Source: Candidatus Nanohaloarchaea archaeon (GTDB taxonomy: Archaea > Nanohalarchaeota > Nanosalinia > Nanosalinales > Nanosalinaceae). From it: 60,379 bases of DNA. Shown here piece by piece: positions 44,035 through 54,043 of the stretch (positions within the stretch are counted from its first letter, which is position 1; each line of letters starts with the position of its first letter). The DNA lies in assembly GCA_042217585.1 (NCBI GenBank), contig JBDGSJ010000004.1, forward strand, positions 1 through 60,379, given 5' to 3'. Below the pieces are notes generated by a model. The model was not told the DNA's origin, made no database searches, and saw only the letters and a program-made list of their open reading frames with translations. The translations under genes were made by a program, and so were the position numbers.

Positions 44035-45028
44035 ACTCCTTGGTCAGGATGAGCAGCAGGGGACCGAGTATGAGCCCTTTCAGCCCGAGCACGAGCGGTC
44101 CCGCTAGGAAACCCAGGAATATCACCAGCGGGTGCTCGTCCATCTGCCTCGAACCGACGTAAGGTCGGATGAGGACCTCCGTGAGCACGTTCAGTCCCAA
44201 CACCCCGAACAGGATTATCAGCATGCCCTTGAAGGGCTGGTTGACCATGATGTAATAGGCTCCCACCGGCGCGTAGAACATGAATGAGGCGATCAGGGGC
44301 AGTAGAGCTGCGATACCTATCAGGAAGGCTATAAGCGGGATGAACGGTATGGGGCTTGTGATGAGCGAGATGACGTAGAGGCCCAGACCACTGAGGACCC
44401 CTATCAGTATGGCTACGATGAACTGTGTCATGAAAACCCCTCTGAAGATGTGATCTATGGATTCAAGGATGGATCTGACGACCGCCTGCTCGGATTCCGG
44501 CAGGTTCCTCATAACACCCTGGATCTGGCTCTGTATCTTGGAGCGGTCCCTGTACAGGTATATGGCGGTGAAAAGGAAGATTGCAAGGTCGATCAGGAGT
44601 GAAGGTATTGATGTGAAGAGTCCTATCATGTTGCGGGTCGTCCTGTCGGAGACCCTGTCGATGAAGTTCTCGACGTTCGCCTGGAAAGATGGTGAAAGGT
44701 TCAGGAGTTCTATAACCCCCGTCACCCCCTGCTGTATGGAGCCGGTGAACTGGTTGACCTGAGAAAGTATGTAGAAGAAGTTGTTGATGAAGAAGTAAAG
44801 GCTCATACCGACCAGAGCCAGCACTCCGGTGACCACTATCACCGAGGAGAGCAGATCGTTGTTCAGGCGAGCGTTAATCCAGTCATGAGCAAAACGGAGC
44901 AGATAAGCGACCGCAACACCCATTATTATCGCATCAAGGAAAGGATAAAGGACGTATAAACTGAGGAAGAAAAGGACCCCTGCCACGAGGAATATCTCGT
45001 TCTGGGTTCTCTCGCTTACTTCCTCCAT
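43961..45028 (-). CDS. AI-2E (PerM) family transporter
   Basis: IRP......HPLVIFLGFL.G...LG..GLILGP signature; multiple TM helices. Confidence 0.92.
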   Translation of the reverse strand: MEEVSERTQNEIFLVAGVLFFLSLYVLYPFLDAIIMGVAVAYLLRFAHDWINARLNNDLLSSVIVVTGVLALVGMSLYFFINNFFYILSQVNQFTGSIQQGVTGVIELLNLSPSFQANVENFIDRVSDRTTRNMIGLFTSIPSLLIDLAIFLFTAIYLYRDRSKIQSQIQGVMRNLPESEQAVVRSILESIDHIFRGVFMTQFIVAILIGVLSGLGLYVISLITSPIPFIPLIAFLIGIAALLPLIASFMFYAPVGAYYIMVNQPFKGMLIILFGVLGLNVLTEVLIRPYVGSRQMDEHPLVIFLGFLAGPLVLGLKGLILGPLLLILTKEFILNSASIVYGGDHPTHIGDTESH

Positions 45029-45162
45029 GTATGAAAATAAGAACAGAGACCGTTAAATTATCTGTGGAGAGACGGACTGTTGCCACCGAGAGATAAACGT
45101 ACTGAACAAAAGATATTTAAGAGTTACCGTCGGTTTCTTCAATTGCTAGGTGTAATTCTTCT

Positions 45163-46239
45163 ATGACAGAACAGTCCAGCATCCCGCGCAGAGAGTTTGA
45201 CAACTATGACGTACCTGACGAATGGAAAGAAGAGGAAGAAGACGAGGAGAAAGAAGAGGTAGAGGAACCAGAGGATATAGAAGAAGGAGAAGGATACGAG
45301 ATAAGACAGGAAGAAGCCGAAGAGGGAGACACAGTACTTACATGTCCGGAATGTGGAGCCCAGAGATTCGAGGAAGACTCCGCAAAAGGAGAGCTCATCT
45401 GTGTGGAATGCGGGATGGTGATAGACGAGGACCGTATCGACGAATCCGCCGAGTGGAGAGCCTTCAACGCAGAGGAAAAGGAGAAGAAGGCTCGAGCCGG
45501 CCAGCCCCTGACCTACACGAAGCACGACATGGGCGTCTCCACGGAGATCGGACAGGGTTCAGGAGAGCTCTACAAGGTCTCGAGCAACAAGAGAGCCCAG
45601 TACTACCGACTGAGGAAATGGCACAAGCGCCTGACCAAGTCGAAGGACCGGAACCTGGGATTCGCGCTGAGCGAACTCAACTCCATGATCTCCAACCTGA
45701 ACCTGCCGGAATCAGTTCATGAGGAGGTCGCACGTCTCTACGAGAAGGCGGTGGACCAGGGACTGGTCCGCGGACGTTCGATGGAGTCCATCATCTCTGC
45801 CCTGATCTACATCGTCGCGAGGAAGCAGGGAACCCCCAGAACCCTGGACGAGATCTCGGATGCTTCAGGTATCGAGAAGCGGGAGATCGGACGCGCCTAC
45901 AGGTATGTGGCGCGTGAACTGGGTCTGCGCATCCTGCCAGCGAAGCCACAGGACTACGTGCCGCGTTTCGCCGGCAAGCTACAGCTCTCCGGAGAGGTCC
46001 AGGCCCGCGCAAGGAAGATAATCAAGGAGGCCAGCGAGAGAGACCTGCTGTCGGGCAAGGGTCCGACCGGTATCGCGGCCGCGGCACTTTACATCGCAGC
46101 GGTGCTTGAAGGCGAGAAGAGGACTCAGAGAGAGGTCGCCGACGTTGTCGGTGTCACCGAGGTCACCATCAGGAACCGTTACAAGGAACTGGCGGAGAAG
46201 CTCGGTCTCGAGGAGGAACTCGAGGAGAAATCCAACTGA
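45163..46239 (+). CDS. tfb: transcription initiation factor IIB
   Basis: CPECG..GELIC.ECG, EWRAF, DRNL..AL, GRS.E, GKGPTG.AAA, TEVTIRNRYKEL; acidic N-terminal extension. Confidence 0.98.
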   Translation: MTEQSSIPRREFDNYDVPDEWKEEEEDEEKEEVEEPEDIEEGEGYEIRQEEAEEGDTVLTCPECGAQRFEEDSAKGELICVECGMVIDEDRIDESAEWRAFNAEEKEKKARAGQPLTYTKHDMGVSTEIGQGSGELYKVSSNKRAQYYRLRKWHKRLTKSKDRNLGFALSELNSMISNLNLPESVHEEVARLYEKAVDQGLVRGRSMESIISALIYIVARKQGTPRTLDEISDASGIEKREIGRAYRYVARELGLRILPAKPQDYVPRFAGKLQLSGEVQARARKIIKEASERDLLSGKGPTGIAAAALYIAAVLEGEKRTQREVADVVGVTEVTIRNRYKELAEKLGLEEELEEKSN

Positions 46240-46273
46240 GGGCCTCCGGCACATCTATTTTTCCTTTTACTTC

Positions 46274-46687
46274 TCACAGGTTTCTCTTCGCGATCATGCC
46301 GAGGACGATGAATATTATCGCGAAAATGGCGTTGTAGGCTATCCTGAGCACCAGGTTGCCGGAGTCTATCATCTGTAGCGATGTCTGGATCAGGGTCCCG
46401 ATTGACAGAGCGGTCACGAAGACGAGAAGTATGCGCTGGGTCAGCATCTGCTCCTCGTGCGTCTCCCGCCGGCTTATCATGTTGAAGCCGCGTTTCGTCA
46501 GTATTATCTTGTCAAGCTCTCTCTTGATGAGGTCCTGGTCCTCCAGGCTGTCAAGGCTTTCCCTCACCTCCTCCGGGGACATCCCCACCTCAGAGGCAAG
46601 GTCCTCCACTTCGGTTTCCTCCATCTCCCAGAACTCGTCGTTGGTGTAGATTGCCTCTAGTATCCTGTACCAGTCAGACCTCGCCAT
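46274..46687 (-). CDS. winged-helix protein with two C-terminal TM helices
   Basis: LASEVGMS.EEV..SL..LE..DLI......LT..G followed by two hydrophobic helices. Confidence 0.75.
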   Translation of the reverse strand: MARSDWYRILEAIYTNDEFWEMEETEVEDLASEVGMSPEEVRESLDSLEDQDLIKRELDKIILTKRGFNMISRRETHEEQMLTQRILLVFVTALSIGTLIQTSLQMIDSGNLVLRIAYNAIFAIIFIVLGMIAKRNL

Positions 46688-46725
46688 ACCTAAAGATTGG
46701 GAAAACCTGTTTTTGAATCCTGCCC

Positions 46726-47826
46726 TCAGGGAGAAGTTTCTTCCACCATCTCACGGACATCTGAGACCGGTGCATCGGTCCTGAACCCTGTAGGGGAGAA
46801 ATGCGTCCTGGAGACCGGATAACCGCGGTCCCTGAGCGATCCTATAAGCTCGTCCCGGGGAGGGACCGAGACCTCCACGGTTGACGCGAGCTCGTGCACA
46901 TCGTAGAAGGGCGTCAGTATCTCGGCCTCCGAGTCGATCTTCTGGAGGAACTCCCTGCTCTTCTGCCATTCATCGGGGATCTCCTCAAGCATGTCACCGG
47001 TGAACCTCTGGTCTGAGAGCTTTCCGGTCCAGAGAGGTCCCGCGTACGCCAGATCCGTGTTCCCGCAGTTGCCGCAGGCAGCAGCCCTCTCCAGTTTCCT
47101 CCACCGGCATTCCGGACAGAAAGATAGCTCCCCTATGTTGCCCAGGTTACGGTTCGTCCTCTTCTTCGACTCGGTCACTCGACCGATGACCCGGGAGTAA
47201 TGGCGCTCGTGCCAGCAGACCTTGGGCTCGAAGCACTTGTCGAAACGCGCGAAGTTCCTGAACGCCTCCCTGATGTATATCCTGAGGGCGGTCTCATGCA
47301 TGAAACTGTTTTTCAGCGGCTCAGCCCCGTAACGCCTCCTGCAGACGGTCCTGTAACTGCCGGTCGGAGCCGAGTTATCGGTGGCCGTCAGGCCCACGAG
47401 ACTCCTGTGGTTGGCTGCGCGGACCGCCGAGTCAAGGAAGTTCGTGAACGGGCCAAACGGGTCTATATCGACCAGATGGAACCTGTTCCAGTTCTCGGAT
47501 AGAAACACGTTAGCGTCCTTCTCATGGACCTCTGCCTCTATCCCGTTTTCCTCCAGCCCCTTTTTGATGCTCTCGACAGCCTCGGGGTTCGAGTCGTTCA
47601 AGTGGACCTCATCGGCGTGTTCGCTGTAACGGAAACCCCTTATCCCTGAGCCGGAAAGTGGGTCAGCGACCCTGTAGCTCTCCACGTCTATCCGGTCCCT
47701 GAAAACTCTGGAGGCGATCTCGGAGAGGTCTCTGTTCAGCCTCATCTCCGTGTTGAAGAATACCTCCGAGTCCTTGTCAGGGTCCTTCTCCTCGGGCGCG
47801 AAGATAGTATAGCCTCTCTCCCCCAT
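46726..47826 (-). CDS. trm1: tRNA (guanine26-N2)-dimethyltransferase
   Basis: VFFN..M.LNRD, SGSGIRG.R, DIDPFG, TATD, HE.ALR, GPLW.G, THF.P.G.RTDA. Confidence 0.95.
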   Translation of the reverse strand: MGERGYTIFAPEEKDPDKDSEVFFNTEMRLNRDLSEIASRVFRDRIDVESYRVADPLSGSGIRGFRYSEHADEVHLNDSNPEAVESIKKGLEENGIEAEVHEKDANVFLSENWNRFHLVDIDPFGPFTNFLDSAVRAANHRSLVGLTATDNSAPTGSYRTVCRRRYGAEPLKNSFMHETALRIYIREAFRNFARFDKCFEPKVCWHERHYSRVIGRVTESKKRTNRNLGNIGELSFCPECRWRKLERAAACGNCGNTDLAYAGPLWTGKLSDQRFTGDMLEEIPDEWQKSREFLQKIDSEAEILTPFYDVHELASTVEVSVPPRDELIGSLRDRGYPVSRTHFSPTGFRTDAPVSDVREMVEETSP

Positions 47827-47965
47827 ATCCCCCTGCGGTCACCCAATTCTTTTAAACTGAAGCAGGTGGAAGGCTCTGTTAAGCTTTTAATAGTATCCTC
47901 GAGAGAGGCTCCGTGTATGATTTATAAGGTTTTCAGTTTTGATTTTTTACCACGGTGAGAGACAG

Positions 47966-48286
47966 GTGAGCAACGTAGTTAAAGAAGTGAAGAAAGCTGA
48001 GAAGGACGCTGAATCCATAAAGGAGGAGGCGCGAGAGACCAGAGAAGAGATAATCGAGAAGGCAGAGGAGAGAGCCGAGAGCATAGTAGAAAACGCCAGA
48101 GAGGATTCAGAAAAAAAGAAAAAAGAAGAGATAAAGGATTTCAGGAAGCAGATCGAGAAGGAGAAGGAAGAGATAATCGAGAAAGGGAGAGAAGAGGCAG
48201 AAGACCTGAAGGATGAGGCAGAGAATAACATGGACTCTGCCGTGGACTTTCTTTACGTCAGGTTCGAGGAAAAGTTCCTGAGGTGA
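47966..48286 (+). CDS. atpH: A/V-type ATP synthase subunit H (G-like)
   Basis: V..VK.AE..A..I.EEA coiled coil; first gene of the operon. Confidence 0.85.
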   Translation: MSNVVKEVKKAEKDAESIKEEARETREEIIEKAEERAESIVENAREDSEKKKKEEIKDFRKQIEKEKEEIIEKGREEAEDLKDEAENNMDSAVDFLYVRFEEKFLR

Positions 48287-50100
48287 TAACGATAAAACCA
48301 GCAGAGATGGAGAAAGTATCGGTGACAGGACCGAAGAAAGAAGTCCGGGAGGTAGTCGAGGAACTCCATTCTCTGCAGTTGATGGATATAGATTCTTATG
48401 ATGGCGAGCTTGACACCGGAGAGCCATTCGACGAGGCCGAAGACCTCTCTGAACTGCTTGTCGACATAAAGTCTCTCAAGTCGAAGCTTCCTGATGCCGG
48501 GGAAACCGGGGAAGTCGATTTCTCCATCGATGAGATACAGGAAAGACTCCCGGAGCTGAGCGAGGAGGTCGAACAGCTGATATTCAGGCAGGAATCGATA
48601 AGCAGAGAGATGGAGGATCTGAAGGAGAAGAGAAAGTTCTTCAGGAGGCTTCGAGGAACAGGTCTCGATTACAGCGATCTCAGGGGGACCGAGAACATCA
48701 GGGTGGCCGTCGGAAATATCGATGAAGAAGTCCTGGAGAGAACGGATTCGGACCGTTACGAGATCGTGGAGGGGAGGTCCGCCTCCGTGGTTATCTACAC
48801 CGATGGACTTGAGGGCGCGGTCCGTGATGCACTCAGAACCGAGTACGAGGTACCCGATGTCGAGTTCTCCGGGTCCGTGGAGGATATACTTGACGAGATA
48901 TCCGGAGAGAAGAGAAGACTTGAATCGGAGAGAGAAGACGTCAGGAAATCCCTCGACAACATAGCCGGGGAATGGATGGGTCGACTGGAAGCTGCTGAAA
49001 AGTTCATCGACCAGAAGGTTAACAAGGCCGAGGCGCCGCTCAAGTTCGGGACCACTGAGAACGCGTTCGTCATCCGTGGATGGGTGCCTGCGGACCGCTA
49101 CGGCGAGATGAAGAGAGAGCTTGAGGACCTGACCGATGGCAAGATCCACGTCCAGAGAGAGGATTTCGACGAGGAGGAGGCGCCGGTCCGGCACGAGAAC
49201 AACCGGCTGGTCCAGCCGTTCGAGTCGCTGACTGACCTGATGGCGGTCCCGCGGTACAACGAGCTGGATCCCTCGTTCATGATATTCCTGACTTTCCCGC
49301 TGATGTTCGGTTTCATGATAGGTGACTTCGGCTACGGTCTGACGACGTTCGCGGTTTTCTACCTGGGATACAGGAAGTTCCCCGGCGCGGCTGATATATT
49401 CAAGTCGCTGATGTACGCCTCGGTGGCTACGATGCTTTTCGGGCTGGCTTTCGGAGACATGTTCGGTTACGTGATGTTCGGACATCACTCCGAACTGGCT
49501 GCCATCACCGGTATCGAACTTTTCAGGCATGTACCTCTCCTTTTCCACAGGGCCGAGCACCTGACACAGGTTTTCTACATATCGGCGATAGTCGGGGTCT
49601 TCCACATCAACGTCGGCTACCTGCTGGGTATGTACAACGAGTACGTGAACCACGGCCTGAAGGAGGCCCTGCTGGCGAAGGGAAGCTGGATACTGCTGGA
49701 GATCGGTGCTGCTCTCTGGATCCTCCGGGGTATGGGCGTCGGCGCACCTGTGATGGCGGCCTCGGTCGTAACACTTTACCTCGGGGAAGGGATGGAGGGA
49801 GTCGTCGAGATACCTTCACTCATGTCCAACATACTGTCGTATCTCAGGATTTTCGGCGTGTCGGTCGCGGCGGTCTCGCTGGCCCAGGTCGTGAACTCGA
49901 TCGCCAGCCCGCTTTTCGCATCCGGCAGCCTGATAGGTATCGCGTTCGGCGTGCTGATGCTCTCGATAGGCCACGTATTCAACACGTTCATCAAAATCAT
50001 AGAGGGCTTCCTCCAGGGGATAAGGCTTCACTACGTGGAGCAGTTCCAGAAGTTCTACCACGGAGGAGGCAGGAAGTTCGTTCCGTTCGGTTCGGAATAA
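48283..50100 (+). CDS. atpI: A/V-type ATP synthase subunit I (a)
   Basis: PRYNELDP, FPLMFGFMIGDFGYG, LSYLRI, IRLHYVE.F.KFY.GGG..F.PF. Confidence 0.97.
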   Translation: MITIKPAEMEKVSVTGPKKEVREVVEELHSLQLMDIDSYDGELDTGEPFDEAEDLSELLVDIKSLKSKLPDAGETGEVDFSIDEIQERLPELSEEVEQLIFRQESISREMEDLKEKRKFFRRLRGTGLDYSDLRGTENIRVAVGNIDEEVLERTDSDRYEIVEGRSASVVIYTDGLEGAVRDALRTEYEVPDVEFSGSVEDILDEISGEKRRLESEREDVRKSLDNIAGEWMGRLEAAEKFIDQKVNKAEAPLKFGTTENAFVIRGWVPADRYGEMKRELEDLTDGKIHVQREDFDEEEAPVRHENNRLVQPFESLTDLMAVPRYNELDPSFMIFLTFPLMFGFMIGDFGYGLTTFAVFYLGYRKFPGAADIFKSLMYASVATMLFGLAFGDMFGYVMFGHHSELAAITGIELFRHVPLLFHRAEHLTQVFYISAIVGVFHINVGYLLGMYNEYVNHGLKEALLAKGSWILLEIGAALWILRGMGVGAPVMAASVVTLYLGEGMEGVVEIPSLMSNILSYLRIFGVSVAAVSLAQVVNSIASPLFASGSLIGIAFGVLMLSIGHVFNTFIKIIEGFLQGIRLHYVEQFQKFYHGGGRKFVPFGSE

Positions 50101-50127
50101 AACGATACTTGAGGTGAAAATCACACG

Positions 50128-50352
50128 ATGGTCCAAGGACTCGAATTCATCGGAGCCGGTCTCGCGATCGGCCTGGCAGCCCTGGCAACAGGCTGGGCAC
50201 AGGCCAAGATCGGGGCCGCCGGAGTTGGCGCTCTGGCAGAGGACGACAGCCTCTTCGGACAGGTACTCATCCTGACCGTCATCCCGGAGACAATGGTTAT
50301 CTTCGGACTGGTTGTCGCACTGGTCTCGACCGGCTTCATCGGCGGACAGTAA
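50128..50352 (+). CDS. atpK: A/V-type ATP synthase subunit K (c, single hairpin)
   Basis: GAGLAIGLAA..TG.AQ..IGAA..GA.AE...IPETMVIFG. Confidence 0.96.
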   Translation: MVQGLEFIGAGLAIGLAALATGWAQAKIGAAGVGALAEDDSLFGQVLILTVIPETMVIFGLVVALVSTGFIGGQ

Positions 50353-50356
50353 AAAA

Positions 50357-50379
50357 GGAGGGTTCGAGAGAACCCTTCC
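50357..50379 (+). terminator. GNRA-capped stem-loop between atpK and atpE (mRNA stabiliser or partial terminator)
   Basis: GGAGGGTTC-GAGA-GAACCCTTCC. Confidence 0.5.
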
Positions 50380-50405
50380 TCATTCATTATTCAAAACGTG
50401 ATACT

Positions 50406-50948
50406 ATGGGAATCGAAGACGTGAAGGACGAGATACTCGGAGACGCGGAAAAAGAATCCGAAAGGATAGTGAAGGAAGCGAAGGAGAGAAAACAGGAGAT
50501 CATCAGTGAAGCAGAGGAAAAAGCAGAGAAGATAAAGCAGGAAACAGAAGAGGAGATAGAAGAAAAGAAAGAGAGGATCAGGAAAAAGGAGATCTCCGGA
50601 GCAAGGATGAAAGCAAGGAAAGAAAAGATGGGTGCCAAACAGGAAAGCCTGGAAAGAGCGTTCGAAAACTTCAGGGATGAAATCGAGAGTCTTGACGGGG
50701 AACAGAAAGAGTCCTTTGTCAAGAGCTGTGTGGACCTCGCCGACTTCCCGATAGGAAAAGCGATAGCAACTCAGGATTTCCAGGAGGCTATCGAGGAGGA
50801 AGGCATCGAGTACGAGGAAGGACAGGAAGAAGGAGTGATACTGGTGTCCTCAGACGGCGAGAGAAGGCAGAGCTTTACGTTCGAAAACATCGTCGAAAGC
50901 TTCAGGAACGAGTACAGGAAGGACGTAGCTGAGGAGCTCCTGGGGTGA
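50406..50948 (+). CDS. atpE: A/V-type ATP synthase subunit E
   Basis: MGIE.V..EI...AE.E coiled coil; GVILVS.DG; operon position. Confidence 0.92.
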   Translation: MGIEDVKDEILGDAEKESERIVKEAKERKQEIISEAEEKAEKIKQETEEEIEEKKERIRKKEISGARMKARKEKMGAKQESLERAFENFRDEIESLDGEQKESFVKSCVDLADFPIGKAIATQDFQEAIEEEGIEYEEGQEEGVILVSSDGERRQSFTFENIVESFRNEYRKDVAEELLG

Positions 50949-51976
50949 GATCGATGATAGACAGCATCAGAAAAATCAGGGAAAAGATAGCTCCCAGGGA
51001 CTACCCCTACATGTACGCAAGGGTGAGTGCAAAGGCCACCAAGCTACTGGACCAGAGCGATTATGAGAACCTCCTGAAGATGGAGCCGAACGAGATAGCG
51101 AAGAACCTGGGCGAAGGAGCGTACAAGGATGAGATCGACGAACTGGGATCGAACTACGAGGGAGCCCGGCTGGTGGAACTGGCGCTGTCGAAGAACCTCT
51201 CCAGCACTATGAGGGAACTTCTGGAGATGGCCCCAGGACCCCTTGAAAACGTGATAGAGACTTATCTGAGGCGTTACGACATAGTGAGCCTCAAGAGACT
51301 GCTCCGGTGGAAGAAGTCGGGAGAGGGCGATATAATACACCTCTTCACACCTGTATCCAGCTTCGATCACTCGGACCTCGAGGAGATGAAAGAGAAGGAA
51401 TTCGGGGAGATAGTGGACGGGATAGAATTCGACTCAGATGTCGACTACCAGGAGTTCCTGTCCGGTAAGGAGACGCTGAGGGAGATCGAAAACGCACTGG
51501 ACCGGGCATACTACACGGAACTGGAGGACCTTGCAGAAAGGACAGGGAGCCCCGAGTTCAGGAGGTTCATCGAACGAGAGATGGAGTACCAGAACCTGAG
51601 GATAGCGATGAGGCTGAAACGTTACGGTATGGAAGGGAACGATATAGAAGAGATGCTCGTAGACGGAAGAGACTCAGAGACCCTGACCGAGGTCCTTGAG
51701 GCCGAGGACCACGAAAGCGCGCTCAAGAAGATACAGGAGATGGAGGAGATAGAATCTAGCAGCGAGATAGAGGACCTGGAGCACGCCCTCCAGGTGAAGA
51801 GGAACAGTGAGGCACTCAAGATGCTTCACACGGAACCGCTGGGACTGACCTCGATACTGGGCTACGTGGTGGCGAAGATCAACGAGGTCAAGAACCTGAG
51901 GACCCTGGTGAAGGCCAGGGAGACCGGCGTCTACGACAGGGAAGAGATAAAAGATAACCTGGTGATACCCGGATGA
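50945..51976 (+). CDS. atpC: A/V-type ATP synthase subunit C
   Basis: YPYMYARVSA...KLL, LD..YY, GY..AK.NEV.NLR. Confidence 0.95.
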   Translation: MRSMIDSIRKIREKIAPRDYPYMYARVSAKATKLLDQSDYENLLKMEPNEIAKNLGEGAYKDEIDELGSNYEGARLVELALSKNLSSTMRELLEMAPGPLENVIETYLRRYDIVSLKRLLRWKKSGEGDIIHLFTPVSSFDHSDLEEMKEKEFGEIVDGIEFDSDVDYQEFLSGKETLREIENALDRAYYTELEDLAERTGSPEFRRFIEREMEYQNLRIAMRLKRYGMEGNDIEEMLVDGRDSETLTEVLEAEDHESALKKIQEMEEIESSSEIEDLEHALQVKRNSEALKMLHTEPLGLTSILGYVVAKINEVKNLRTLVKARETGVYDREEIKDNLVIPG

Positions 51977-52278
51977 ACCTCGAGAAAAAAGACATCGCCG
52001 TGATCGGAGAAAGCCAGTTTACGCTCGGGTTCAGATTAGCTGGCGTGAACGAGGTCCACGACCTTGAGAACTTCCAGGAGACCGTGGAGGACCTGATAGA
52101 GCGTGATGACCTGGGTATAGTTATCGCCAGGCAGGAGGACCTGGACCGGCTCCCCGAGAGGACCCGCCGGGACGCCGAGTCGTCAGTGGACCCCGTGCTC
52201 GTTCCGCTTTCAGAGCAGGCTGAGAGTGAGAGACTGCAGGAGAAAATCAAGAAGGCGATCGGTGCAGATATAACTTGA
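51973..52278 (+). CDS. atpF: A/V-type ATP synthase subunit F
   Basis: IAVIG...[10 protein letters not shown]...IKKAIGADI. Confidence 0.95.
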   Translation: MNLEKKDIAVIGESQFTLGFRLAGVNEVHDLENFQETVEDLIERDDLGIVIARQEDLDRLPERTRRDAESSVDPVLVPLSEQAESERLQEKIKKAIGADIT

Positions 52279-52303
52279 AAACGATACTAAGGTGAACTCA
52301 AGA

Positions 52304-54037
52304 ATGTCAGATGGCGAAATTTACAAGGTGACAGGCCCGGTAGTTATCGCGAAGGGCATGGACCCGCAGATGTACGACGTGGTACATGTCGGCGAAGAGG
52401 GCCTGATGGGAGAAGTTATCCAGATCGAGGGAGAAAAATCATATATACAGGTCTACGAGGACACAACGGGAGTCAAACCCGGCGAGCCCGTGGAAAACAC
52501 AGGAAGCCCGCTGTCCGTCGAACTCGGACCCGGACTCCTCACGTCTATATACGACGGACTTCAGAGACCTCTGCCCGAACTCCAGGAGATGACCGGCGAC
52601 TTCATCGAGAGAGGAGAGGACGCGCCGGGGATAGATCTAGACGAGGAGTTCGACTTCGATCCCGAGGTATCCGAGGGAGACCAGGTGGAATCGGGAGACG
52701 TCCTCGGAACGGTGGAGGTCGATTTCGGCGAACACAAGGTCCTCGTCCCCCCACAGTCCGAGGGAGGAGAAGTCGTGGAAGTGAACAGCGGCGAGAAGAC
52801 TGTAGAGGAGACCGTCGTCGAACTCGACACGGGAGAAGAGATCTCCATGAGGCAGGAATGGCCAATCAGGGAGGAGAGACCGGTCGAGGAGGACCTCAGA
52901 CCGGAGGTCCCGCTGGTGACCGGACAGAGAGTTCTCGACGGACTTTTCCCGATCGCGAAGGGTGGAACTGCCGCGGTCCCGGGAGGATTCGGCACGGGAA
53001 AGACGGTCACCCAGCAGAGCCTCGCCAAGTTCTCCGACGCCGACATCATAGTCTACATCGGATGCGGTGAACGCGGGAACGAGATGACAGAGGTGCTCGA
53101 AGAGTTCCCGGAGCTCGAGGACCCGCAGACCGGCGACAAAATCATCAACCGGACGGTCCTCATCGCGAACACGTCGAACATGCCTGTAGCGGCGCGTGAA
53201 GCGTCGATCTACACCGGGGTTACGATCGCGGAGTACTTCCGTGACATGGGACTGGACGTCGCGCTGATGGCTGACTCCACCTCACGGTGGGCTGAGGCGA
53301 TGCGTGAGATCTCCGCCCGGCTGGAGGAGATGCCCGGTGAGAGAGGATACCCGGCCTACCTGGCGTCCCGGCTTGCGGAGTTCTACGAGAGGGCCGGAAG
53401 GGCCACTCCTCTCGGACCCGAGGACCCGGGCTCCGTGACCATCATCGGAGCTGTTTCACCGCCGGGAGGGGACTTCTCCGAGCCGGTCACCCAGAACACT
53501 CTGCGCGTGGTGAAGAACTTCTGGGCGCTGGACAAGGACCTTGCGGAGAAGAGGCACTTCCCGTCGATCAACTGGGACGAGTCCTACTCCGGCTACGAGG
53601 AGAAACTTTCCGACCACTTCCAGCAGGAGGTCGACGAGGAGTGGTCCGAGAACATCCAGAGGATGAAGGACCTGCTCCAGAAGGACGGCGAGCTCCAGGA
53701 GACGGTCCAGCTGGTCGGTAAGGACGCGTTGCCGGACCGGGAGCGCCTGACGCTGGAGATCGGAACGCTGATAAAGCAGTTCTACCTCCAGCAGAACGCT
53801 TTCCACCCTGTGGACCAGTACTCGTCGCCGCAGAAGACTTTCGACATACTCGAGCTGATACTTGACTGGGGAGACATGGCGTACGACGCGCTGGAAGACG
53901 GTGCGCTCGTCGAGGACATAATCTCCCTGAAGTCAAAGAACCGGATCAGCGAGGTCAAGACAGCCGAGGACCACGAGGCGAAAATCGATGAGGTCCGGGA
54001 GCAGATGCAGGAAGAGTTCTCGGAGCTCGAGAGGTGA
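52304..54037 (+). CDS. atpA: A/V-type ATP synthase subunit A
   Basis: [38 protein letters not shown]; no intein. Confidence 0.98.
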   Translation: MSDGEIYKVTGPVVIAKGMDPQMYDVVHVGEEGLMGEVIQIEGEKSYIQVYEDTTGVKPGEPVENTGSPLSVELGPGLLTSIYDGLQRPLPELQEMTGDFIERGEDAPGIDLDEEFDFDPEVSEGDQVESGDVLGTVEVDFGEHKVLVPPQSEGGEVVEVNSGEKTVEETVVELDTGEEISMRQEWPIREERPVEEDLRPEVPLVTGQRVLDGLFPIAKGGTAAVPGGFGTGKTVTQQSLAKFSDADIIVYIGCGERGNEMTEVLEEFPELEDPQTGDKIINRTVLIANTSNMPVAAREASIYTGVTIAEYFRDMGLDVALMADSTSRWAEAMREISARLEEMPGERGYPAYLASRLAEFYERAGRATPLGPEDPGSVTIIGAVSPPGGDFSEPVTQNTLRVVKNFWALDKDLAEKRHFPSINWDESYSGYEEKLSDHFQQEVDEEWSENIQRMKDLLQKDGELQETVQLVGKDALPDRERLTLEIGTLIKQFYLQQNAFHPVDQYSSPQKTFDILELILDWGDMAYDALEDGALVEDIISLKSKNRISEVKTAEDHEAKIDEVREQMQEEFSELER

Positions 54038-54043
54038 TCAACC

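Noticed and set aside
48283..48310. Possible non-canonical ATA start for atpI
   Set aside because: A GTG start overlapping the atpH stop (GTGA) is the simpler, standard explanation.
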